The notes under the pieces were generated by a model, which saw only the letters and a program-made list of their open reading frames with translations, searched no databases and had not been told where the DNA came from. A program made the translations under genes and the position numbers. 64,000 nt of DNA from Bdellovibrionales bacterium (GTDB lineage Bacteria > Bdellovibrionota > Bdellovibrionia > Bdellovibrionales > JAKFYE01): the NCBI GenBank assembly GCA_965206675.1, contig CBDBKL010000008.1, positions 103,208 to 167,207 of the forward strand, read 5' to 3'. Of this stretch, positions 45,012 through 54,052 are shown piece by piece (positions within the stretch are counted from its first letter, which is position 1; the number at the start of each line of letters is the position of its first letter).

Positions 45012-47954
45012 ATGAATTTGTCATTTTTCTTTTCTATAAAATTATTATTTTTCACGACTCTATTGGGATTCTCTTCTCCCCTTCTCTACGCTCAAACTGA
45101 GAACAGTTTTGAACAATTAATCCCTACACTTTCTCAGGGAGAGCAGTTTCCCTACATGACAGAGCAGGTCTTAATGTCGCCTCCACAGCTCATCCAAGCT
45201 AATAATACAAAACTTGTTGAAGCATTAGAAAACAATGACCTCTATCGACAACTTATCGAAAACCACTCTCCCCTATTGACTCTAGAAATAAGCTCCGACA
45301 TAAAAACCGGAGGATTTGTTCAATTTAAAGTTGTTAAAGAGAGCTTTATTTCTAATTGGGGTCAGGAACTTTCAGCTTTTGCTTCAGAGAATAAATTCAA
45401 TAGCTCTCATCAAGTTTTACAAGAAATCTCTAGGTTGTTATCAGAGAGGCCTTATCTGGCCGCTACCCCTCATGATTTTGTCTCCGCCTTCAGTCAAACC
45501 TTAGATAGGAGTGTGGATCGAGAAGAAATTTTTCGAGCTCTTGAGCATGATGATATTTCAATATTGGAGAGGGTTCTTGATCCTTACCCAGAAGCAAGAG
45601 GGTTTAAACCGATGGCTTTTGCCTTAGAGTCAGATAGAGAAAAGGAATACTATTTAGATGCTTTAAGAGAAATGATGGAAGCTAACGAGAGGATGAACCA
45701 ACTTTTTGTGACTTATATGCTAGCTTGGCAAAAGGAAGCAGAAAATGTAAAAGGAAGTTTAGAAAAATATTTAATAGAACTCACTGAAGAAAAATTAGTT
45801 TGGTTAAGAGAATCTGGTTTACAAAAAGGTTATATAAAGCGCATTACAAATGCTGCTCAAGAAATAAAGGCCATTCGCAGAAGAATATTCGTTCGCATTA
45901 AAAGTATAGAAAGAGAGATTGGGCGTCACCAAGACGTTGTAACAGAGCATGTTCAAACAAGTAAAAATAGTCTAACATTAGTAGAGGTTCATCCTTCCAT
46001 TGGTATTTTTCGAGGCTACATAGGTGGAGATTGTTCGAGCAGTACATGCTTTGGTTACCCCTACAGTTCTGAAGAAAGGGTTTTCTTTATACTTAACAAG
46101 CGAGGAGAGGATGTCGGTTACTTAAATGGGGCTATGGTCAATACCCTTGATGGAAAAAGAGCCTTTCTCGTCAATGGCCTTGCCGGCGCAAGGATATCTA
46201 AAGAGATGACAACAATTATATTTGCTGCTCTAAGCAAAAGTCGCAGGGAATTAGGTGTAGAAAAAGTGCTTCTTCTAGGCCGACAAAGCCATTTACCAAA
46301 TCTTGACTACACGGAAATTAGACGAGCCTTTGATAGTCATGCTGGAGCTGACGTTCCTATTATTTTTTTAGATCAAGATTTTCGAAAGATTATTGATATA
46401 TATTCTACAATTACTAGATATGATAGTCCCAACAGACTGTCGATGGGTCATCAAATCGAAAACATCGAAGAAATCCGAGAAAGCACACGTGTGATAACTT
46501 CGGAACGACCATTTGCCCCGCCTCAATTATCAGACTTTAACCCCTCAGACCTCCAACCAAGGCAAAAGTTTTTGATTAATTTATACCACCCTCATATTGC
46601 TGAAGAGTTTGGAATAGATGCCTTAAAAAATCCTGAATATGCTGAAAAGGCAGGAGTGAATTTAGTCGAAGGTAGAAACTTATTGGACATCGTTCAAAAT
46701 AACGACAGACTTCAAAATTTTCAATATATGCTAAGGTTGGAATCTATACTGAATGATTTCTCCTTTTCTCTGGAAGAAACGGCTCCATTCATAATGTTTC
46801 AGTATATAAGGGGCCTTGTCAGTGCTCCAGATTTTTTTAAAACTCCTATTTATGAGAAAGTCATAGAAACTCTTGAGCAAGCCATTGCAAAAGCAAAAAG
46901 CCCTGAAGATTTAAGAGGATATATCACCGAAGTTTTCCCTTATGTTCGCGGCAAAAGAATGGGGGAAATCGTTGAAAGAGTTTTAGATTTTGTCATTGAA
47001 AGTAAAAATGCTGACTTACTTGAACAGTTTGCTCATGAGGTTTTCCCTCGTGCTCGTATCCCTAATAAAGCCGAGATGATTAAAAAAACTCTCAGAGCTG
47101 CAAGAGCACTAACAGAAAAAAATAGAATATTAGTTTCTTTAGCTGCTAGAACCTTACCTCGAATACGGTTAGTTCAAAGAAAAAGTCTCATTGAACACGT
47201 TAGATCTACCGCCATTGCATTAAAAGATAGGGATAGTTTGTTTTGGTTAGGTTTTTATAACAACTTTGGTAATGAGAAGGGGTGGCAATTAATGAGACAA
47301 ATTACTCAAATTATTCAAAAAATGCCACCACATCCATATCTATTTTCGTTTCCATTTTTTAACCCCAATCGCCTCACAACTCAGGACTATGAACAGCAGC
47401 TTGAGATGCTTAAAGATTATTTTTCCCTTACCCCCAAACAATTCTTTGATCTATTTTTTGTCGATGAAATAGTAGGCCGAATATTAGCAAGCGATGCCGA
47501 TCTAGAGTCAAATAAGAAAACAGTTCTCAAACTTATTAAAGAATTTACTGAGAGTAATATGGTCCCCATATTTTTAGAACGATTAGATCAAATGATACTC
47601 TCTAATCCCCTGACAGATGGTATACAGAAAGTGTGGACAAATGACATGTGGAAAATTTGGGTAGATGGTATGTGGAAAATGGTAAAGAGAACTATAGAAG
47701 TGGCAATTGAACTTCAAGATCACAAAACTATTGAGACACTTGAGAAAGAATTCTTTTCCAAGGTTACACTCGAAATTGAAGAGTACAAACATGAGTTTTC
47801 GATTACCAGGGATGCCATCCGTACATTCGGCCATGATAAGAATTGGGAAACATTAGAAAACAAACTTCAAACTACTAATAATAACCGTTCGAAAAGGTCA
47901 GACAATCAACCTGTTGTACGTAAATCCTCTGACCTACCTTGTTTTGCCCCATGA
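45012..47954 (+). CDS. large secreted protein, unknown function
   Basis: About 980 aa with a signal peptide (MNLSFFFSIKLLFFTTLLGFSSPLLYA). A TTG at 45003 is an alternative start. The C-terminal half is helical-repeat-like. The protein ends ...SSDLPCFAP. Confidence 0.6.
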   Translation: MNLSFFFSIKLLFFTTLLGFSSPLLYAQTENSFEQLIPTLSQGEQFPYMTEQVLMSPPQLIQANNTKLVEALENNDLYRQLIENHSPLLTLEISSDIKTGGFVQFKVVKESFISNWGQELSAFASENKFNSSHQVLQEISRLLSERPYLAATPHDFVSAFSQTLDRSVDREEIFRALEHDDISILERVLDPYPEARGFKPMAFALESDREKEYYLDALREMMEANERMNQLFVTYMLAWQKEAENVKGSLEKYLIELTEEKLVWLRESGLQKGYIKRITNAAQEIKAIRRRIFVRIKSIEREIGRHQDVVTEHVQTSKNSLTLVEVHPSIGIFRGYIGGDCSSSTCFGYPYSSEERVFFILNKRGEDVGYLNGAMVNTLDGKRAFLVNGLAGARISKEMTTIIFAALSKSRRELGVEKVLLLGRQSHLPNLDYTEIRRAFDSHAGADVPIIFLDQDFRKIIDIYSTITRYDSPNRLSMGHQIENIEEIRESTRVITSERPFAPPQLSDFNPSDLQPRQKFLINLYHPHIAEEFGIDALKNPEYAEKAGVNLVEGRNLLDIVQNNDRLQNFQYMLRLESILNDFSFSLEETAPFIMFQYIRGLVSAPDFFKTPIYEKVIETLEQAIAKAKSPEDLRGYITEVFPYVRGKRMGEIVERVLDFVIESKNADLLEQFAHEVFPRARIPNKAEMIKKTLRAARALTEKNRILVSLAARTLPRIRLVQRKSLIEHVRSTAIALKDRDSLFWLGFYNNFGNEKGWQLMRQITQIIQKMPPHPYLFSFPFFNPNRLTTQDYEQQLEMLKDYFSLTPKQFFDLFFVDEIVGRILASDADLESNKKTVLKLIKEFTESNMVPIFLERLDQMILSNPLTDGIQKVWTNDMWKIWVDGMWKMVKRTIEVAIELQDHKTIETLEKEFFSKVTLEIEEYKHEFSITRDAIRTFGHDKNWETLENKLQTTNNNRSKRSDNQPVVRKSSDLPCFAP

Positions 47955-48004
47955 TTTGTGTGATTGCAACAAAATCGGTAACACTTCTTCATTTGCAATT
48001 AGAC

Positions 48005-48130
48005 GGACTGTTGAAAAAGTGTTAGATACGAGACGTTCAAGCTCAAGCCGAACGCAGGCGTAGTTTTTCCTACGTCGGAGTGAAGGCTTGAGTGATTGCA
48101 ACGAAGTAGATGACGCTTTTTCAACAGTCC
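48005..48130 (+). repeat. family B palindromic element, copy B2 (126 nt)
   Basis: The closing stem is GGACTGTTGAAAAAG / CTTTTTCAACAGTCC around the conserved core. It ends 11 nt before the ATG of the next gene. Confidence 0.85.
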
Positions 48131-48141
48131 AAAGGAAAATT

Positions 48142-49104
48142 ATGAATAATTTGTTTTTAGAACATTTTCCAATAAAGTATCCCATCATAGGCGCACCGAT
48201 GTTTCTCGTCAGTGATGGAAACTTAGTAACAGCCGTTTCCGAAGCTGGAGGGTTAGGAGCTTTTCCAGCTCTAAACTACAGACCTATTTCTAAATACCGA
48301 GAAGCGATACAAGAGATAAAAAAGAGAACCGATAAACCCTTTGGAATTAATATTATTGCTCAAAACTCCAATAAATATCGTGATGAACAATTAGACATTG
48401 CCTTGGAAGAAGATGTTTCATTAATTATTACATCTTTGGGTGCTCCTGGTAATATGATTCGCAGAATTCATCAGACAAACACCAAGGTTTATTGTGATGT
48501 TATTAGTTTAAGGCACGCACAAAAAGTGGCAGATGCTGGTGCTGATGGGTTAATTGCTATTTCTAGCGGAGCCGGCGGTCATGCGGGAAACATTTCACCC
48601 TTTGCATTGATTCCCTATTTAAAACATCACACACAACTACCTATTGTTGCAGCAGGAAGTATTGTTGACGGTAAGGGAATGCTAGCCGCTTTAGCATTGG
48701 GTGCATCGGCAGTCTATATGGGCACACGCTTTATTGCTTCAAAGGAATCCTGTGTTTCTGAAGACTATAAACAAGCTATTTTAAAAGCACGATGTGAAGA
48801 CATTGTGAACACAGAACGTGTGGATGGTTTTCCGGGAAATTTTATTCTTACCGATCGTCTTAAAAAAGTGGGCATAGAAGCCGGATTTATAGAATCTATA
48901 TTAAATCGTATCCCTAAATTTAAGAAAACTTTGGCTCTATTGAGAGCTGGAAAAGTTTTATTTGAAAAACCCAAAGGGAAAATATCTTACCAAAAGATTT
49001 TCTCTGCAGGACAGGGAGTTGGAAATATTAATGAAATACTTTCTGCTAAAGAAATTATTATGCAAACCATAGATGAATATGAAAATATAAAACAAAACCT
49101 TTAA
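48142..49104 (+). CDS. NAD(P)H-dependent flavin oxidoreductase (nitronate monooxygenase / FabK-like)
   Basis: The Met at 48142 (MNNLFLEHFPIKYPIIGAPM) gives the family-typical N-terminus. The ORF-track extension from 48088 lies inside repeat B2. The motif GAGGHAG is present. Confidence 0.75.
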   Translation: MNNLFLEHFPIKYPIIGAPMFLVSDGNLVTAVSEAGGLGAFPALNYRPISKYREAIQEIKKRTDKPFGINIIAQNSNKYRDEQLDIALEEDVSLIITSLGAPGNMIRRIHQTNTKVYCDVISLRHAQKVADAGADGLIAISSGAGGHAGNISPFALIPYLKHHTQLPIVAAGSIVDGKGMLAALALGASAVYMGTRFIASKESCVSEDYKQAILKARCEDIVNTERVDGFPGNFILTDRLKKVGIEAGFIESILNRIPKFKKTLALLRAGKVLFEKPKGKISYQKIFSAGQGVGNINEILSAKEIIMQTIDEYENIKQNL

Positions 49105-49109
49105 AGATT

Positions 49110-49796
49110 TTAACGCCGATAGCCTGGGAATGTCTCTTGTACTTTTTCTTGAACATTAATTCTTATAAAGCCCCACTTCCCTTTTGATTTAGCAGCAGCT
49201 AATCCATCACGAAAATGTAAAAGGCTCTCAAACCGTGGGCTGACAATAACATGTCCCCTTTTATTAACAACTCCCCACTTTTCTCCTTCCTGAAAAACAG
49301 ACAGTCCTTGATAGAAATCTAGAGAGTCATAAGTGGGATCTTTATTCTCATCTTCATTTTCTTTTTTTTCTTCTTCCTTTGTAACAAGGCGTTTGATTTC
49401 AATTCCAAAACCATCCCGTTCTTCATCTATATCACGTGTATCATGAAATACTTCTGGATGTTTATACTGTAATATTCCCGGTTGAAGACCTGTTCTTTTT
49501 TCATAGAACTCTTGTGCAGAATCAATATCCGTTAGAGGGAGAACAAAATTTCCTGTTGTATCTATAACACCTAGTTGTTGCCCCTGTTGAACAAGAGCTA
49601 AACCTTTATAAAAACCCCAAGCGGAAGTTTTTCCTTTTTGATCAAATCCCCAGATATAATCAAATTGTGGTGGAACAACAAACTCATGGCGACAATCGTA
49701 TTTAGTACCACAGTCTTCATAATTGATAAGCGGTCGTTCTGCCTCTGCTGAATTTGAAAAGAAAATAAAAAATAAAGCAAAACAGGATGTTTTCAT
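49110..49796 (-). CDS. secreted WG/KWG-repeat protein
   Basis: The Met at 49796 opens a signal peptide (MKTSCFALFFIFFSNSAEA). The motif recurs as in KWGVVNKRGHVIVSPRFESLLHFRDGLAAAKSKGKWGFI. Confidence 0.55.
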   Translation of the reverse strand: MKTSCFALFFIFFSNSAEAERPLINYEDCGTKYDCRHEFVVPPQFDYIWGFDQKGKTSAWGFYKGLALVQQGQQLGVIDTTGNFVLPLTDIDSAQEFYEKRTGLQPGILQYKHPEVFHDTRDIDEERDGFGIEIKRLVTKEEEKKENEDENKDPTYDSLDFYQGLSVFQEGEKWGVVNKRGHVIVSPRFESLLHFRDGLAAAKSKGKWGFIRINVQEKVQETFPGYRR

Positions 49797-49992
49797 AATT
49801 TTTTCCCAGAGCTCCAAACAAAGAGGTTTACCTACTTAGACCATCGTCTTGCTTTTATCTTTTCTTTAACTATAAAATACGATTGAGTATGAGTGACTCA
49901 TATTGAAACAATTCTTTTTCTAAGAAGTACTTTTTAACATCTATATATCATTCAAGGGAGCAGAACATATTTGATCACATGAAAACTTGTCA

Positions 49993-51111
49993 TTATGGCA
50001 TATTCAATTTTTTGCAAAAACTCTCAAAAGGCAAAACATCAATATTTTTATCTTTATAGGTTTCTTTTTGTAGATGAACTTGGTAATAATGAGGGATATT
50101 AGTCCTTTTTTTAAAATAATGAATGTTTTTTGAAATTTCTCTTTCTCCCCTTTTGCATTCTACAGCAAAGAGAGGTTTTTTATTTTTTAAAACAACAAAA
50201 TCAATTTCTCTATTGTCAACATCTTTCAAATATTGCAGCTCCATTTTATGCCCATAAACATCTTCTTCAAAATGGCAGAACTTTAACAATTGATTAGCTA
50301 CAAGATTTTCAAATGCCTTTCCTTCAGAAATCACTTCTGACCAATCCCATAGATAGAGCTTTTGAGCTTTTTTAATAGATCGAATTTTTGAAGACCCAAA
50401 AGGACTGATGCGATAACAATAGTAAGTCTGTTCAAGGATCTCTATCCATCGTGAAATAGTATTAGGTGAAACCTGCAGATCTTCACTTAGACTTTTAATA
50501 GAGAGTTGAGAGGCTGCTCTTTCAGGAAGTGCATCAACAAGTAATTCAATAAGCCCAATTTCTTTTAAATTGTGTAAATCCCTAATATCTTGATAAATAA
50601 CTCGACTTAAACGCTCTTTCTGCCACCTTCGATGAAAAGTTTTAGATTTTTTAAGAAAAGGCTCAGGGAAACCTCCAAATTTTAACAAATTTTCCATAGG
50701 ATTTTTAATAGAACTTGGAATTTCATTGAACGATAGTGGATGAAGCCTATAGTAAAAAAACCGTCCAAATAAAGAATCACCTCCTTTACGAAAGTGATCT
50801 AACTTAGCAGAGCCCGTTACTATAATTTTCATTGATCCTTTGTATTTATCATAGAACCCTTTGATGAGGCCTCGCCATCGAGGGTATTTATGAATTTCAT
50901 CAAGTACTACAACTTTAAGAGAGGGATCAATCCTATGTCTTTTTATTTTTTCTCTATCTTCAAGAAAATCCCAGTTAAAGTACTGATTCCGATTTGAAAT
51001 AAATGTTTGAGCAAAAGTCGTTTTTCCAACTTGCCTTGGACCTCCAATCATAACAATCTTTTCTCTGAGATCAGATTTAACAGACTTAGATAGATTACGA
51101 GTAATTTTCAT
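49993..51111 (-). CDS. AAA-type ATPase with DUF4143-like C-terminal domain
   Basis: 372 aa with Walker A GPRQVGKTT and Walker B VVVLDEIH. The layout is that of COG1373-type ATPases. Confidence 0.65.
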   Translation of the reverse strand: MKITRNLSKSVKSDLREKIVMIGGPRQVGKTTFAQTFISNRNQYFNWDFLEDREKIKRHRIDPSLKVVVLDEIHKYPRWRGLIKGFYDKYKGSMKIIVTGSAKLDHFRKGGDSLFGRFFYYRLHPLSFNEIPSSIKNPMENLLKFGGFPEPFLKKSKTFHRRWQKERLSRVIYQDIRDLHNLKEIGLIELLVDALPERAASQLSIKSLSEDLQVSPNTISRWIEILEQTYYCYRISPFGSSKIRSIKKAQKLYLWDWSEVISEGKAFENLVANQLLKFCHFEEDVYGHKMELQYLKDVDNREIDFVVLKNKKPLFAVECKRGEREISKNIHYFKKRTNIPHYYQVHLQKETYKDKNIDVLPFESFCKKLNMP

Positions 51112-51385
51112 ATCACTATATTATACTCGCAATTATAATTCAATCAAGTGAATTATAGTTGTATTTTAAAGAGACAGGGTTCGCCGCTTTCCCCCTTTGG
51201 GCTTTTAAACTTCGCTCTCGATGACTTCAGGCGTTGTCCAGTCAACCGCTTTGGTTTTGAAAAAAATTCTCGCTTGAACCTTTCCAGAACGAGCATTCTG
51301 AGTCATCACGATTTTATTTATAATGACGTTTATCTTTACCTTTGTTACTAACACTCTGATGCAAATCTTAAAGGAGTCTTACATT

Positions 51386-52519
51386 ATGTTCGCAAAATTA
51401 ATTCTAACAGCCCTTATAGCCATTTTTGTCTTCTCTGAATCGCTTTATGCTACAGATGGTAAAGCGGATACAGATATAGCACTTCAAGTAGAAAAACACC
51501 TTGATAAAAAATCTATAGAAGCCCTACCAACTCTCACTGAGAGGAAAAAGAAAAAACAGTGGTTTGACGCTGCTAAAACGGGAAATCTACTGCGTCTAGA
51601 GCAACTGCATAAATTCGTTAATATGAATGGAAGGCATTATAGAACCGGACGGGCAGTGTCTCATATGGCTGTAATACATAGACAATATAAGGCTCTAAAA
51701 AAATTTAAAGAGCTGGGGGGAGATTATCTCATTAGACAAGCCAGAGATAACCAAGGAAGAGCACCAATCCACTATGCTGCATCATTTGGAGACTCTACCG
51801 CTATAAGAACTCTGTTTAATGAGGGAGCTGACTTGGAAGTCAGGAGCAAAGATGGACTGACACCTCTATTGGAGGTTCTAATTTTCGGAGGTTGGAATGT
51901 TTCCCAAGCACAAGAAGCCTTTAATACGCTTGTTGAACTAGGAGCCAATTTAAATGCAGAAGATAACAATGGTGTGAGGGCCTCAGAGTTAGCACTGGAC
52001 AAGGGATGGATAAAAGAAATACCAGATAACAGCGTAGATAAAAATGCTGAGGCACAAACTGAAAGTCTACAAGAACACATCCGTGGTACCGCAAAGAAAA
52101 AAATGTGGTTTGAAGCTGCTAAAGCCGGCTTTGCACCCCTTCTAGAAGAATTACATGAAACGATGATGATTGATATAAATGCACAAGATTCCCGGGGAAA
52201 CACAGCGGCCCATTTAGCTGTGATATTTCGTCAATATGATGTTCTAAGAACACTTAAAGATTTAGGTGGGGACTATCTTCTTGGGTATGCAAGAATGTCT
52301 GGTGGATTAGCACCATTACATGCCGCTGCCATAAATGGTGACCTTATAGCTATACGAACTCTATTTGATCTAGGGGCTTACTTAGAAGTCAAGGACAGTC
52401 GAGGGATGACGCCTCTATCTTGGACTCTAGCTGCTGGAAGACAAGAAGCCTTTAATACCCTTGTTGAGCTAGGAGCAAATACAGATGTAGAATATCTAAA
52501 TTCGGAAGAGGCAGCTTAG
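51386..52519 (+). CDS. secreted ankyrin-repeat protein with internal duplication
   Basis: The Met at 51386 has AAGGAG upstream and opens a signal peptide (MFAKLILTALIAIFVFSESLYA). Two homologous halves are present. A conserved tail continues out of frame to 52578. Confidence 0.8.
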   Translation: MFAKLILTALIAIFVFSESLYATDGKADTDIALQVEKHLDKKSIEALPTLTERKKKKQWFDAAKTGNLLRLEQLHKFVNMNGRHYRTGRAVSHMAVIHRQYKALKKFKELGGDYLIRQARDNQGRAPIHYAASFGDSTAIRTLFNEGADLEVRSKDGLTPLLEVLIFGGWNVSQAQEAFNTLVELGANLNAEDNNGVRASELALDKGWIKEIPDNSVDKNAEAQTESLQEHIRGTAKKKMWFEAAKAGFAPLLEELHETMMIDINAQDSRGNTAAHLAVIFRQYDVLRTLKDLGGDYLLGYARMSGGLAPLHAAAINGDLIAIRTLFDLGAYLEVKDSRGMTPLSWTLAAGRQEAFNTLVELGANTDVEYLNSEEAA

Positions 52520-52710
52520 AGCTAGCACGAGAACGGGGATGGTTACCAGAGGCATCAGAAAAAGGTCCCTGCTATTGATCCCCATATAAAAACAGAGAGA
52601 GCATTTTTCAGAACTTGTGCAGACAAAAATTAGAAAAAAACAAGCTTACACTTTTAGTAGCATTGTAATGAACAACACTCATTCTTCATTATCAATTTAG
52701 CAAGTTCTTG

Positions 52711-53241
52711 TCACTCTAACCATATACCAAGATCTGCAAATGATGCCTCAAAATCATTAAGACTATACCTGTAGCCGGCGATATCTTCACCTTCACTCTC
52801 ACAATTCAATGCAAATAGATTTTTCTTTACAATATCGGCAGAGATTTGACATTTAATATCAATCGATGCTCTCCACCTTCTATCAACAGTATGTATAGGG
52901 AATTGAGTATAGTAATAAGTTCCTGTGACATTAGGGATAGCAGATTCTCTCTTTGTAATGGAAATGTCATCACCGTCACGGTATACTGCGTACCTACTAA
53001 CAGGAAATCCTCTTCTTTTACCATTAACCTTATACACTCGATTGGAAATAAATCTTCTCAATGCATTTAACGAAATAAATACTTTTTTATCTCCACTAGA
53101 CAGAAAAATACTATTATTCAACACTTCATCTCCTCTATCACTGACACCCTGAGGAGTTCGACTCTCATTTTTGTTTTGCAAAGAAGTACAAGAAGAAACA
53201 AGTAGTAATAAAAAAACATTGGCTAATAATATACGCATCAT
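52711..53241 (-). CDS. lipoprotein, unknown function
   Basis: 176 aa with lipobox VSSC after a hydrophobic leader. Confidence 0.55.
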   Translation of the reverse strand: MMRILLANVFLLLLVSSCTSLQNKNESRTPQGVSDRGDEVLNNSIFLSSGDKKVFISLNALRRFISNRVYKVNGKRRGFPVSRYAVYRDGDDISITKRESAIPNVTGTYYYTQFPIHTVDRRWRASIDIKCQISADIVKKNLFALNCESEGEDIAGYRYSLNDFEASFADLGIWLE

Positions 53242-53384
53242 AATAATCCCCCTAAAAAAACTTTGTCTTAAAAAATAGGTATTTACTATTCTACCCCCCC
53301 CCTATCTCATTTAAAGTTTTTTCTAAAACTAGACCAATTTGGATAAAGCCAACTCGCCAATACATATTATTTCCTAGACAAAAG

Positions 53385-53789
53385 GAGAGAGAATTTTTCT
53401 CAAGGATTTCAAAACGCAGCTCTTTGAAGCACAAGATATTATTATTTAAATCTTAATATTATACGAAGAGATGGTTTTTATTTCCTTTCAAAGTGCAGGG
53501 CGTATTGTGATGAGGGACATATTTATACTTTTAGGATATTTCAGAGGGAATTTTTCTCAGGAGGGTTCAAAATGAGTTTTCTGAGGCGCAGAGTATTTTT
53601 TCTTTCCGGAGCGCAGGTCGTACCGTGATGAAGACCGCATTTATATTTTTAGGATATTTCAGGAGGGAATTTTTCTCAAGAGGGTTCAAAACGAGTTTTC
53701 TGAGGCGCAGGGCGTATCTCCCAAAGGGAGAGACGAGCTGCGGCCCTCAGAACTGTCTGAGCTTTTGAACTCTCTTGAGAAAAATTCCC
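53385..53789 (+). repeat. family C mosaic: half-unit, two ~97-nt direct repeats and a 125-nt palindromic unit
   Basis: The half-unit is 53385..53435. The direct repeats are 53495..53591 and 53613..53710. The palindrome 53665..53789 runs GGGAATTTTTCTCAAGAGGGTTCAAAA ... TTTTGAACTCTCTTGAGAAAAATTCCC. Confidence 0.8.
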
Positions 53790-53823
53790 AATCAAACGTA
53801 AAAAAGAAAACTATGTAAAGAGC

Positions 53824-53910
53824 CAGATACAAACCGAAGCGACATAGGCGTAGTTTTTCCTACGTCGGAGTGAGTGTTTGAGTGATTATAGTCAAGTCGA
53901 TGACATTTTC
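53824..53910 (+). repeat. family B element, internally deleted copy B3
   Basis: CAGATAC-[deletion]-AAACCGAAGCGACATAGGCGTAGTTTTTCCTACGTCGGAGTGAGTGTTTGAGTGATT... matches the B core. Confidence 0.7.
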
Positions 53911-53926
53911 TTGATTCGTATTAGGA

Positions 53927-54052
53927 GGACTGTCGAAAAGATATCAGATACGAGGCGTTCAAGCTCAAACCGAACGGAGGCGTAGTTTTTCCTACGTCAG
54001 AGTGAGTGTTTGAGTGATTGCAACGAAGTAGATGATACCTTTTCGACAGTCC
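53927..54052 (+). repeat. family B palindromic element, copy B4 (126 nt)
   Basis: The closing stem is GGACTGTCGAAAAG.TATC / GATA.CTTTTCGACAGTCC. It abuts the ctaA stop codon at 54053. Confidence 0.85.

Noticed and set aside
48088-48141. N-terminal extension MSDCNEVDDAFSTVQRKI on the flavin oxidoreductase. The same MSDCNEVDD extension appears on ybaB (63206..63271).
   Set aside because: Both extensions start at a TTG inside repeat B, and the identical leader on unrelated proteins is a repeat artefact. The internal ATGs (48142, 63272) have SD sequences and give family-typical N-termini.
51148-51351. 67-aa ORF and a possible fourth repeat family (GGTTCGCCGC...GAAAAAAATTCTCGCTTGAACC) upstream of the ankyrin gene.
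   Set aside because: It shows only weak self-complementarity and only vague resemblance to family C modules. It is a single copy in this window, so there is not enough evidence to call a repeat or a gene.
53385-54052. Repeat-dense intergenic block considered as a possible CRISPR array.
   Set aside because: The units are 97-126 nt, internally palindromic and of at least two unrelated families. There is no regular short repeat/spacer periodicity, and no cas genes are in the window.
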